In this document: positions 19,555 to 30,181 of the stretch, one piece after another
Layout of the letters: every line of letters starts with the position of its first letter
Position numbering within the stretch: the stretch's first letter is position 1
Source of the DNA: Polyangiales bacterium
Lineage (GTDB): Bacteria; Myxococcota_A; Polyangia; Polyangiales; Ga0077539
Length of the DNA stretch: 64,000 nt
Assembly (NCBI GenBank): GCA_044229975.1
Contig: JBGARZ010000007.1
Span: 160,001-224,000 of the forward strand
Direction of reading: 5' to 3'
Notes under the pieces: model-generated
What the model saw: only the letters and a program-made list of their open reading frames with translations
The model's database searches: none
Told to the model about the DNA's origin: nothing
Made by a program: the position numbers and the translations under genes

Positions 19555-20811
19555 GTGATCGAAGTCGTGAGTGAGATGAAGTACTACGAAGACCCCGCGC
19601 CGGCCGACACGCCGACGAACGAGGCGGACTTCGAGACGCAGGGGAAGGCCCTGATCGCGGCGGTGGACGCCCTGACCCCGACGTGGGCGCAGACGAGGGC
19701 GGGCGACAGCGACGGCGGAGTGGTCAAGGACTTCGGGCGGTGGTTCTCCGAGCTGCAAGACAAGCTCACCGCGTCGGTGCAGTGGAGCGACGCCCACGAG
19801 GCGGCGCACAAGCTCCTTTATCGATATGCGATGTGGAAGATGGAGACGCAGTGGGGGATGAGCCCGGTCCCCGCCAACATCGAATACCTGTGTCGGTTTC
19901 TCGGGAAGGCCGAGGACAACCAGCCGCCGATCAGCCGGATCAACGGCCAGGTTCGGATGCACGGCGGCGTCCTGATGACCGAGAGCAGCGCGTTTTTCGG
20001 TGCGCCGGGCGCCGCGGCGTGGTGCGCGCCGGCGAGCTCGATCCCCATCCAGTCGGTGCTTCGCAAGTACAAGATCATCCTGATGGATGGCGGTGACCCG
20101 CAGGGCGCCTGGGCGAAGAAGCTGAACATCACCGTGTCTGGAGAGGCCCTCGACGCCTATACCCTCACGCCTGGTGACTATCTCCAGATGGTCGGTCACG
20201 GCGGACCGCTGTCAGGCCACATCGCGACGGCGATGAAGGCCGAGCCTGCCACCGGGCCCGCGCAGACCATCTGGTATGTGTCGGGCAACGCGGGTCGCTT
20301 CGGAGGAGGCGCCATCCGCATCGACAGCGTCACGCGGGAGAAGCCCCCGGAGGGGTACAGCTACCGACGGGTGAGCGGGCTCGGCAACGATCGAAACAAC
20401 CTGGGCGGCGACATCAAGAAGCGGCAGGCCAACATCGACAGCCTGCGATCGCAGGGCCACTGGAACCCCACCCAACACAACGACGTGCAGGACGCCAACG
20501 CGGCGGCCGAGGCGCACCGCAAGGAGGTCCAGAAGAAGATCGACGCGGACACGGCCGGCATCGCTGCGGACAAGGCGCAGATCGCCCGGGACGACCAGAG
20601 CCTGATCGACGAAGCCGCGAAGGTGAACCCGGGCGAGAGCGCCGCGACGGCGGAAGCGGCCGAGAAGATGCTCAAGCCGAAGACGCCCGGCACCATCTGG
20701 CTGACCTATGTGGCGACGACCGGGAAGATGGACTTGAACTCCTTGAAGCCATCCACCGATCCGTCGATGGCGTCATGGATGAAGAAGTGGCGCGGCTCCG
20801 CGACCCGCTGA
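19555..20811 (+). CDS. Putative T6SS cargo effector with CHAP/NlpC-P60-like amidase motifs
   Basis: Lies between vgrG and PAAR-like genes; WCA...PGD...SGHI...VSGN pattern; coiled-coil segment. Confidence 0.55.
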   Translation: MIEVVSEMKYYEDPAPADTPTNEADFETQGKALIAAVDALTPTWAQTRAGDSDGGVVKDFGRWFSELQDKLTASVQWSDAHEAAHKLLYRYAMWKMETQWGMSPVPANIEYLCRFLGKAEDNQPPISRINGQVRMHGGVLMTESSAFFGAPGAAAWCAPASSIPIQSVLRKYKIILMDGGDPQGAWAKKLNITVSGEALDAYTLTPGDYLQMVGHGGPLSGHIATAMKAEPATGPAQTIWYVSGNAGRFGGGAIRIDSVTREKPPEGYSYRRVSGLGNDRNNLGGDIKKRQANIDSLRSQGHWNPTQHNDVQDANAAAEAHRKEVQKKIDADTAGIAADKAQIARDDQSLIDEAAKVNPGESAATAEAAEKMLKPKTPGTIWLTYVATTGKMDLNSLKPSTDPSMASWMKKWRGSATR

Positions 20812-20821
20812 GGCAACCTTC

Positions 20822-21211
20822 ATGGCGAAGATCGTGGTTCATGGCGCCAGCCTGATGTGCAGTTGCGGCACCGCTCCGTCCTCGCTGACGGTGTTGCCGA
20901 TCGTGGTGTCGGAGGCGGACACGCGCCCCACGGCGACCGTCAACGACTTCGCCCCGATGTTGAACATCGCGCCGTTTGGCATGTGCACGACGCAGCTCAA
21001 CCCCCAGGTTGCCGCCGCGACGGCGGCCGCCATGGGGACACCGACGCCTCAGCCGTGCATCCCGGTGACGACCGCGCCGTGGTCGCCGGGTTCGTCGGTG
21101 GTCACCATCGACGGCCTCAAGGCGCTGACCAACGACTCGACGTGCAAGTGCCAATGGGCCGGCAGCATCTCCGTGAGCGATGCCGGCTCGGGGCAGGTCG
21201 AACTGGACTGA
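20822..21211 (+). CDS. DUF4280 PAAR-like spike tip protein
   Basis: VVHGASLMCSCG, NIAPFGMC...NPQV, PCIP...W.PG and CQWAGSISV motifs. Confidence 0.9.
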   Translation: MAKIVVHGASLMCSCGTAPSSLTVLPIVVSEADTRPTATVNDFAPMLNIAPFGMCTTQLNPQVAAATAAAMGTPTPQPCIPVTTAPWSPGSSVVTIDGLKALTNDSTCKCQWAGSISVSDAGSGQVELD

Positions 21212-21214
21212 GCG

Positions 21215-22867
21215 TCAGCCCTTGCCGCCGAAGGTCTTCGAGAAGAACCCGGTGATCTTGTTGGTGACCGAGTTCTTCTCCTTGATGTAGGCCTCGCGGC
21301 GCGACTGGAAGAGGTTGAACTCGCGCTGCGCTTCGAGGTTGTTGGGGTTGATCTCCAACGCCTGCTTGAAGAACCCCGGCGCCCGCTTGTCGCCGCGGAA
21401 CTTCAGCGCGATGCCCATCAGGTAGCGGGAGGCGTCGTTGGACTCCACCGTCTTGATGATCTTCGCGAGCCGCGTGATGACCTCTTCGAGGTGCGGCGCG
21501 GGATTGGTCTCCAACAGGCAGCGACAGAGCAGCACGTTGACCGCGATGTCATCGGGGTTCTTCTCCAGCACCCGGCGACAGATCTCGACGGCCTCCAGCG
21601 GCTTGCGCTGGTTGTAGAGAATCTCCGCGCGGTGGGCCTCCTGCACCGTCTCGATGACGTCGTCGACCTTCTTCTGCGCCGCGGGCGTGCCGCCGCCGCC
21701 GGTCATGCGGTCTTCGTACTCGTTGCGGGCCGTGGGGTCGGTGAGCGTGCTGTGGGCCTTGTTGTAGAGCGCGAAGATGTCCGTGTAGACCGCGCGCAGT
21801 TCGGGCGTCGCCACCCGGTCGGGGTGCCACATCGCCGCGAACTTCGGGAAGCGCGAGCGGATGTCCTCCATCGAGGCGCTCGGCAGCAGGTCGAACATCT
21901 CGAAGTAGGTGAAGTGCTGCATGCGCGAGAGCTGCACCTTCGCCTCCTTCACCTTCGGGTCGACGGGCGGCCCCTCCGGCGGAGCGATGGACGCGTTGGG
22001 CGCCGGGATGATCGAGCTGCCCGGCTTCGCCGCAGGCGGATCGCTCGGGCCGCGCGGGGGCGCGATGCTGGCCGCCGCCGCGCTCGCGGTGACGGGCGTG
22101 AGGGCCACCGCCTCGATCTGCTTGGTGAGCGCCAGCAGGTACACCATTGTGCGCACCAGCGTGGGGTTGGGCGCGAGGCCCATGAGCTGCTCGACGCTCG
22201 ACGCCGCGGTGCGGAGCTGCGTCGCCGCGAGGCCCAGCTCGACGCCGAACTCGAAGCGGTCGAACTCGTGGCCCTCGCGCAGCCGCACGCCGCGCGCGCC
22301 GATCTTCACGAACACCGCCGCGAGCGCGTCGTCGGTGGGAGGCGATGACTGCAAGCCCCGCCACACGATGGGAAACACGTCCTCGGCGACCTTCGCGCGA
22401 CCTTCGCCCGAGAGCAGGTCGACGCCGGCGTAGTAGGCGTAGGTGCCCTGCGCGTTGCCGAAGAGCGCCGCGACCTTGCGGCGGAACTGCTCCCGCATCG
22501 CCATCTCCAGCGTCGCCGGGTCGGCCGCGCGCAGCCGCAGCAGCGTGGGGATCTCCTGCGCGCCGGGGGCGTCGAGCGCCTGCTGCGCCTTCACGAACGC
22601 GTCGTCGGTGAGCTTCCCGAGCTCGTGCAGCACCCACGCGAGGTTCTGCGAGAAGCGCGGCAGCTCGACGGCCACGACCGAGCCCTGCTCGAGCACGACG
22701 ATGGACTCGCCCACCCCGTCGTCCTCCGCCCCTTCGGGCGAGAGCACCGGGTTGCGCACCACGAACGACCCCGTCATGCGCTTCTCGCGAGCGTAGAGGA
22801 GGACGTTGGGGAGCGGAGTCTTGGAGAAGGTCCCTTCGGTGGTCGGCTGCGTGGTCGGGGCGGTCAT
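21215..22867 (-). CDS. J-domain (DnaJ-like) plus TPR protein with N-terminal DUF4388-like region
   Basis: GTFSKTPLPNVL N-terminus; WHPDR J-domain motif; C-terminal TPRs (ALEINPNN). Confidence 0.75.
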   Translation of the reverse strand: MTAPTTQPTTEGTFSKTPLPNVLLYAREKRMTGSFVVRNPVLSPEGAEDDGVGESIVVLEQGSVVAVELPRFSQNLAWVLHELGKLTDDAFVKAQQALDAPGAQEIPTLLRLRAADPATLEMAMREQFRRKVAALFGNAQGTYAYYAGVDLLSGEGRAKVAEDVFPIVWRGLQSSPPTDDALAAVFVKIGARGVRLREGHEFDRFEFGVELGLAATQLRTAASSVEQLMGLAPNPTLVRTMVYLLALTKQIEAVALTPVTASAAAASIAPPRGPSDPPAAKPGSSIIPAPNASIAPPEGPPVDPKVKEAKVQLSRMQHFTYFEMFDLLPSASMEDIRSRFPKFAAMWHPDRVATPELRAVYTDIFALYNKAHSTLTDPTARNEYEDRMTGGGGTPAAQKKVDDVIETVQEAHRAEILYNQRKPLEAVEICRRVLEKNPDDIAVNVLLCRCLLETNPAPHLEEVITRLAKIIKTVESNDASRYLMGIALKFRGDKRAPGFFKQALEINPNNLEAQREFNLFQSRREAYIKEKNSVTNKITGFFSKTFGGKG

Positions 22868-22916
22868 TGCGATCTGAGCTCCGGAGGGGATAGAGCGAAG
22901 TGCGGGAAGGGCCCGA

Positions 22917-24557
22917 CTATACCGCGCGCCACGCCGTACCCGAAGCACCATCCCGCAGTTCGATGCCGAGGGCGGTGAGCTCGGCCCTGATCTCGTCGGC
23001 CCGCGCAAACTCCCTGCCCTCCCGCGCCGCGGTGCGTTGCCGCACGAGGTCGTCGATGTGCTTCGGGTCGAGCTTGCGGCATCGCACCCGCCGCTCGGTG
23101 ATTCGCGCGAAGAATGCCTCGGGATCGCCCTCGCCCACCCCGAGCACGGCCGTCACGTGGGCGATGGCCGTCCCGGCTGCTTCGAGGTCGCGCGCGTCGG
23201 GCCGCTTGGCGTCGCAGAGCTTGTTGGTGAGCGTGAACACCTGCCCGAAGGGGTCGAGCGCCCCGGCCGTGTTGAGGTCGTCGTCGAGGGCGGCGTCGAA
23301 GTCCCGCACCAGCTTCTTCATGGTGTCGACGAGCGTGGGCTTGGCCTGCACCCCCGCGGCGAGCTTGCCCGCCAGCTTGAGGCGCGTGTCGTAGACGTAC
23401 TCCAGGCGCTTCTCGGCCTGCTCGATGGTGGGGAAGGCCACGTCGTCGCCGACCTCGGCCAGGTCGAAGGCCAGCGGCGCGCGGTAGTGCGTCCCGAGGA
23501 TCCAGAACCGGATGGCCTCGCCGTCGACCCGGTCGCGCAGCCGACGGAGCTGAAACCAGTGCCCGAAGTGCACCTTGCGTTCGAGCACGGCCATCATGGC
23601 GCGGTCGGTGGCGGTGAGCGTGGTGGGGTCGCGGTCGCGGTACCCCTGGAGCTTCTTGGGGTCGGACTTGGACACCTTCCGCAGCTCGGGCTCGCACTCC
23701 TTCAAGATCGGGAGCATCGCGATGACCTCGGGGCTGAAGCCCGAGTGGCGCTCGATGTCGACCTCGATGAAGCCGTGGTGCATCCACGCGCTCGCCATGG
23801 GGCCGTACACCGGCTCGCTCTGGGCGATCTCGTTTTCGTGGTGGGGAAACTTCAGGTCGGGCCCGCCGCCGTGCACGTCGAAGCCGTCGCCGAGGAGCTC
23901 GTGCGCCATGGCCGAGCACTCGATGTGCCACCCGGGGCGTCCATCGCCCCACGGCGAGGACCACCGGGCGCCTTCGGGCTCGTGGGGCTTCGCGGCCTTC
24001 CACAGCGCGAAGTCGTGCTCATTGCGCTTGCCCTCGCCCGTCTTGCCGCGGCCCTCGTCGGCGCACTGCTGGTCGATGTGGCGCTTGGAGAGCTTGCCGT
24101 AGCCCGCGAACTTCGCCGTCTCGTAGTACACGTCGCCGGCCTCGGTGACGTACGCGAAGCCCTTGGCGATGAGGGCTTCGGTGAGGGCGATGATGCCGGG
24201 GATGCTGTCGCTGACGCGCGGCTCGGCCCACGGCGGACGGCACACGAGGGCGCTCACGTCTTCCTGGTAGGCGGCGATGTAGCGGTCGGTGATGGCGCGC
24301 GGGGTGTCGCCGGTGTCGAGCGCCGTCTGGATGATCTTGTCGTCGACGTCGGTGTAGTTGCGGACGTAGCGGACGATGTTTCCCTGGCGTTCGAGGTGGC
24401 GGACGAACACGTCGAAGACCACCGGGCCTCGGGCGTTGCCGACGTGGATGTACCCGTACACCGTGGGGCCGCAGAGGTAGAGCGAGGTCTCGCCAGGGGT
24501 GCGCTGCGGGAGCGGAACAACGGTGTTGGTCAGGCTGTCGTGCAAACGGAAGGACAT
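22917..24557 (-). CDS. cysS: Cysteine--tRNA ligase with insertions around the KMSKS loop
   Basis: CGPTVY..HVGN, NYTDVDDKII, DFALWK, GRPGWHIECSAM, HGGGPDLKFPHHENEIAQ and KVSKS motifs. Confidence 0.95.
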   Translation of the reverse strand: MSFRLHDSLTNTVVPLPQRTPGETSLYLCGPTVYGYIHVGNARGPVVFDVFVRHLERQGNIVRYVRNYTDVDDKIIQTALDTGDTPRAITDRYIAAYQEDVSALVCRPPWAEPRVSDSIPGIIALTEALIAKGFAYVTEAGDVYYETAKFAGYGKLSKRHIDQQCADEGRGKTGEGKRNEHDFALWKAAKPHEPEGARWSSPWGDGRPGWHIECSAMAHELLGDGFDVHGGGPDLKFPHHENEIAQSEPVYGPMASAWMHHGFIEVDIERHSGFSPEVIAMLPILKECEPELRKVSKSDPKKLQGYRDRDPTTLTATDRAMMAVLERKVHFGHWFQLRRLRDRVDGEAIRFWILGTHYRAPLAFDLAEVGDDVAFPTIEQAEKRLEYVYDTRLKLAGKLAAGVQAKPTLVDTMKKLVRDFDAALDDDLNTAGALDPFGQVFTLTNKLCDAKRPDARDLEAAGTAIAHVTAVLGVGEGDPEAFFARITERRVRCRKLDPKHIDDLVRQRTAAREGREFARADEIRAELTALGIELRDGASGTAWRAV

Positions 24558-24645
24558 GGTGCAGTGGAGGTAGCCCAGCGCGTCGGGGTGCGGCAAGGGG
24601 CACCGCAAACCTCCGGCGACGGCGGGCGGTGGTACTTAGGCATCC

Positions 24646-25788
24646 ATGGACGCCACCACGCTGCGGTCTCGCATCACCGGGTCGCTCGACGGATTGTTTC
24701 TCGGCGACGCGCTCGGGTGCCCGGTGGAGATGAAGACCCCGGCGGAGATTCGCGCGAAGTACGGCGAGCTGAAGACCCTGGAGGACACGCCCCGCCCGTG
24801 GTGGCGACCCGCGGGATTGCACTCCGACGACAGCCAGCAGGCGATGGCCGTGTGCGACGCGCTCCTCGAAGCGCCGTCGGCGCCCGAAGGTCCCTTCGCG
24901 CGGATGCTGGTGGAGGTGTATCGGGCGTTCAAGGGAGGCCGCGGGCAGCACGGTGGTCACCGCGGGACGGGGAAGAATTTCCGCGAGACCGTGGACAAGC
25001 TCGTCGCGGGCGAGGCGAGCGATCCCTTCGCGGGCGCGCAGCCGACGGCGGGCAACGGCGTGGCGATGCTGGCGGCGCCCATCGCGTGGCGCTTTCCCAC
25101 GGAGCCCGATCGGAGGCTCGCCGCGCTGCTCTCCATCGCGCGCGTGAAGACCACCGACCCACGAGCGGTGGGCGCGGGCGCGGCCGTGGTCGAAGCCGTC
25201 GCCTGGGGCATCGAGCACGGAACGCTCCGCACCCTCGACCACACCCGCTGGATCGACGCGACCGCGCGGGCCGAGCGCGAGGCGGCCAGGGCGTGGGCGG
25301 TGGACGGCCCGACGACGCACGCGTTTTCACGCGCGCTGACGGCGATGCTGGCGCGGCTGCCGTGTCCGCGGGCGGAGATGCTGTCGGCCATCGAGGCGGT
25401 GGCCCTGGCGACGAGCGATCGCCCGGTGGGCCCGAGCGGCGGCTACGCGCTGGGCTCGGTGGTGACGTCGCTGTACCTGGCGCTCGACGCCGCGACGCTG
25501 GAGCGCGCGCTCATCGACGCGGTGAACCTGGGCGACGACGCCGACACGGTGGGCGCGATGGTGGGCGCGGTGCGCGGCGCGGCCGATGGGGCGAGCGCGG
25601 TGCCGCGGCGGTGGCGCGAGGGCCTGTGGGCGAAGGGGGCGTTCAACGACCGGGTCGAGGCGCTGGTGGCCGGGTGGTCGAGCGGATGGAGCGGGCCGGA
25701 GGGCGGGTGGCGGCCGCAGGAGTCGCTCGCGGACAGCGAAGGGCGCTGGTCGAAGATGGCCGACCGGGCGCGCGAGTCGGCGGGGTAG
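24646..25788 (+). CDS. ADP-ribosylglycohydrolase family protein
   Basis: GDALGCPVE, SDDSQ, GNGVAM and GDDADTVGAMVGA motifs. Confidence 0.9.
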   Translation: MDATTLRSRITGSLDGLFLGDALGCPVEMKTPAEIRAKYGELKTLEDTPRPWWRPAGLHSDDSQQAMAVCDALLEAPSAPEGPFARMLVEVYRAFKGGRGQHGGHRGTGKNFRETVDKLVAGEASDPFAGAQPTAGNGVAMLAAPIAWRFPTEPDRRLAALLSIARVKTTDPRAVGAGAAVVEAVAWGIEHGTLRTLDHTRWIDATARAEREAARAWAVDGPTTHAFSRALTAMLARLPCPRAEMLSAIEAVALATSDRPVGPSGGYALGSVVTSLYLALDAATLERALIDAVNLGDDADTVGAMVGAVRGAADGASAVPRRWREGLWAKGAFNDRVEALVAGWSSGWSGPEGGWRPQESLADSEGRWSKMADRARESAG

Positions 25789-25823
25789 AGGCGAGCGTTC
25801 ATTCAAGCGGGCGGTGATCTCGT

Positions 25824-26101
25824 CCGGTGGTCGCCGGAGTTCGCGTGCCTCCATGAGCCGGGGTGCAGTCGCTCACTCCGGGCTATTTCACGTCGTCACC
25901 CCGCGGCGCGGGGTTGCAGGGCCAGAGGCGTTTCCGCTGCCACGCGCTCACTCGACGGACCCATCGCAGACGCGAAGACGAACAGATTCTCCGCGAGCGG
26001 ATTCTCTGCAACCCCGCGCCGCGGGGTGACGACGTGAAATAGCCCGGAGTGAGCGACTGCACCCCGGCTCATGGAGGCACGCGAACTCCGGCGACCACCG
26101 G
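25824..26101. repeat. Long inverted-repeat element (family A), perfect 96-bp arms, 86-nt spacer
   Basis: 25824-25919 is the exact reverse complement of 26006-26101; lies between convergent genes. Confidence 0.95.
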
Positions 26102-26110
26102 GCGCTCGGG

Positions 26111-27370
26111 TCAGAGCCCCGCGGAGGCCATCGCGTCGACGATCGCCTGGCCGTCGCGCAGCCGCCCGCCGCGCTCGCGGCGCATCATCGCGGCGATGAG
26201 GTCTTCGAGTGCCTCGGGCACGTCGGCCCGCACGTCGCGCACCCGCGGGGTGTCTTCCAGCATCAGCCGCGCGATGGTCGCCATCGGCGTCGCGCCGTGG
26301 AAGGGCGACACGCCCGCGAGGCACTCGTAGGCCACGCAGCCCGCCGCGAACACGTCGCAGCGCGCGTCGGGCGTGAAGCCCTCCTTCACCTGCTCGGGGG
26401 CGAGGTAGCCCGGCGTCCCCAGCAGCATCCCGCTCTGGGTCAGCGGCGCGCTGTCGTGGTCGCGCGCCAGACCGAAGTCGATGAGCACCATCGCGTCGAC
26501 GTCGCCGCCCACCAGAAACAGGTTGGCCGGCTTCACGTCGCGGTGAACCATCCCCGCGTGGTGCACGTGCGCCAGCGCCTCGCCGACGTGACGAATCAGC
26601 CGCGTCACCTCCTCCACCGGCAGCGGGCCGCGGGTGAGGCGGCGCGCGAGGTCTTCCCCCTCCAGCCAGTCCATCACCAGGAAGTGGAAGCCTTCGCCCA
26701 CCTCGCCGTGCGCTCGGTACGGAACCACCCGCGGATGCGTGATGCTCGCCAGCGTCTGGCACTCCCGCGCGAAGCGCTCGGTCGACGTGGGTGAGCGCGG
26801 CACCAGCTTCACCGCCACCGACTGCCCCGTCTGCTCGTCCTTCCCCGCGTACACGGAGCCCATGCCGCCTTCGGCCACGCGGCGCTCCAGCAGGTAGCGC
26901 CCCGCGACGACCGTGCGCCCGGATCCCACGGCGAGCGGGAGCAGCAGCGTCGGGTTGGTGCCGCTCGTGGAGGGCTGTGTCGGGCGCTCGGAGTGGCGGT
27001 GCAGCCGCGCGCGAACCGTGTCGATGAGCTCCTCCGCCGTGAAGGGCTTCACGAGGTAGTCGTCGGCGCCGAGGTTCATCCCGCGGCGCACGTCCTTGCG
27101 GTCGGCCCCGCCGCTCAGCAGCACGAAGGGGATGCCCTTGGTCGAGGGCAGCGTGCGGAGCTGCGTCAGGGTGTCGTGCCCGTCCATCTCGGGCATCCGC
27201 ACGTCGCACAGGATGATCGCCGGCAAGAGGTCGGTGGCCAGCGCGACGCCCACCCGACCGTTCTCCGCGGGGAAGACCTCGAAGCCGTCGGACTCCAGCG
27301 CGAGGCACATCATCGCCCGGAAATCCGGGTCGTCCTCGATCACCAGCACTCGCGGCGAAGACTCCTGCAT
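26111..27370 (-). CDS. Receiver domain-Ser/Thr kinase fusion
   Basis: VLVIEDD, CDVRMP and KPF followed by EGGMGSVY, HRDVKPAN, DFG and APE motifs. Confidence 0.9.
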   Translation of the reverse strand: MQESSPRVLVIEDDPDFRAMMCLALESDGFEVFPAENGRVGVALATDLLPAIILCDVRMPEMDGHDTLTQLRTLPSTKGIPFVLLSGGADRKDVRRGMNLGADDYLVKPFTAEELIDTVRARLHRHSERPTQPSTSGTNPTLLLPLAVGSGRTVVAGRYLLERRVAEGGMGSVYAGKDEQTGQSVAVKLVPRSPTSTERFARECQTLASITHPRVVPYRAHGEVGEGFHFLVMDWLEGEDLARRLTRGPLPVEEVTRLIRHVGEALAHVHHAGMVHRDVKPANLFLVGGDVDAMVLIDFGLARDHDSAPLTQSGMLLGTPGYLAPEQVKEGFTPDARCDVFAAGCVAYECLAGVSPFHGATPMATIARLMLEDTPRVRDVRADVPEALEDLIAAMMRRERGGRLRDGQAIVDAMASAGL

Positions 27371-27439
27371 GGTCGTGTTGTGGGCTTGCACCCGTCTCTG
27401 CTCCTCCGCGGCATCAAACACTGCCGGACTCCTGAGCGG

Positions 27440-27455
27440 TGCAGCGCATGTGCCA
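27440..27455 (-). promoter_or_regulatory. Putative sigma54 (-24/-12) promoter for the REC-kinase gene
   Basis: Minus strand TGGCACATGCGCTGCA (GG-N10-GC), about 70 nt upstream of ATG 27370 and next to a sigma54 activator gene. Confidence 0.5.
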
Positions 27456-27628
27456 CGACGCTGCGGCGCGATCCCTCGTACCACGACCCCACTGGCGGAT
27501 CACACCTGCCTGCCCCACTGTGGCAGCGTGACACAGCGCTTGCGCCGTCACGCAATCCACGATTCGGGTAGCGTGCGACGACACAGGGGAGCGCACTCCC
27601 CACAACCACCAACAACAGGACCGCGGCA

Positions 27629-29015
<1,387 letters not shown>

Positions 29016-29041
<26 letters not shown>

Positions 29042-30110
29042 ACGACAGCGTCGCTCCGCCGCCCTCGTCGCTCTCGGCGGTGATGGCGCCGCGGTGCGCG
29101 AGCACGAGCCCGCGGGCGATGTAGAGCCCGAGGCCCGCGCCGTGGCGGCCCGAGCGCTCGCCCTTCCAATAGCGATCGAAGAGGCGCGGGAGGTGCTCGG
29201 CGGCGATGCCGGGGCCCGTGTCGGCGACGGAGAAGCGGGCGTGCTCGCCGTCGCGACGGACGCTGACGGTGATGGCGCCGCCCTTCGGGGTGAACTTCAG
29301 CGCGTTGCCCAGCAGGTTGGAGAACACCTGGAGCACGCGGTCGCGGTCGGCCATCACGCGAAGCGGCTCGACGAGGGTGGCGTCGACGGTGACCTTGCCC
29401 GCGGCGGCCTCGATGGCGGCGGCGTCGACGGCGGCGCGCACGAGGTCGTCGGCCTCGACGGGGCGCGGGGCCACCTGCACCGACCCGTTGTCGAGGCGCG
29501 AGGCGTCGAGGAGGTCTTCGATGAGGCGCTCCATGCGCTTGCAGCTCCGCGCGATGCGGTTGACGATCTCGACGTCGTTGGGGGCGGTGAGGCTGCGGCG
29601 CAGCATCGCGGCGCCCATGGAGACGGTGCCGAGGGGGCTGCGCAGGTCGTGCGAGACCACCGCGAGCACCTCGTCGCGCACCTTCGCGGCGACCACCGAG
29701 GCGCGCAGGAGACAGGCGTTTTCCAGGGCGATGGCCGAGAGCCGGGCGAACTGTTCGAGCGCGGCGGCGTCGATGCGCGGGTCGAGCCACGCGCCGCCGT
29801 GCAGCACGATGCGGCCGAGGCGGCGACCCTGTCCGTCGCGCAGGGCCTGCACGAGCCCGTCGCCTTCGGTGGGCCCCTGGCCGTCGAGCTCGGTGGCCAC
29901 GCGGGTGAGGGCGGGCAGGTCGTCGCGGGCGTCGACCTCGACGGAGACCTCGCTGGCGCCGAAGAGGGCGCGGGCCTCGACGGCGATGGCGGCGACCATC
30001 TCCTCCAGTGAGCGCGCGGCGTGGATGCGACCGCTGCACTCGACGAGCTGGTGGAGCCGCTGGGCCTGCTGGGCGAGCTGAGCCTGGGTGAGGTCGGGCA
30101 TGATCCGCAT
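29016..30110 (-). CDS. Sensor histidine kinase
   Basis: SHDLRSPL H-box, NLLGNALKF, DTGPGI and GLGLYI motifs. Confidence 0.93.
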
Positions 30111-30181
30111 GGCTTCGGTGCTTCGGGTGGCGGTGTCAAGGCGCCGCGTGATGCCGGAGGCGTGCTATCTCCGGCGCCGCC

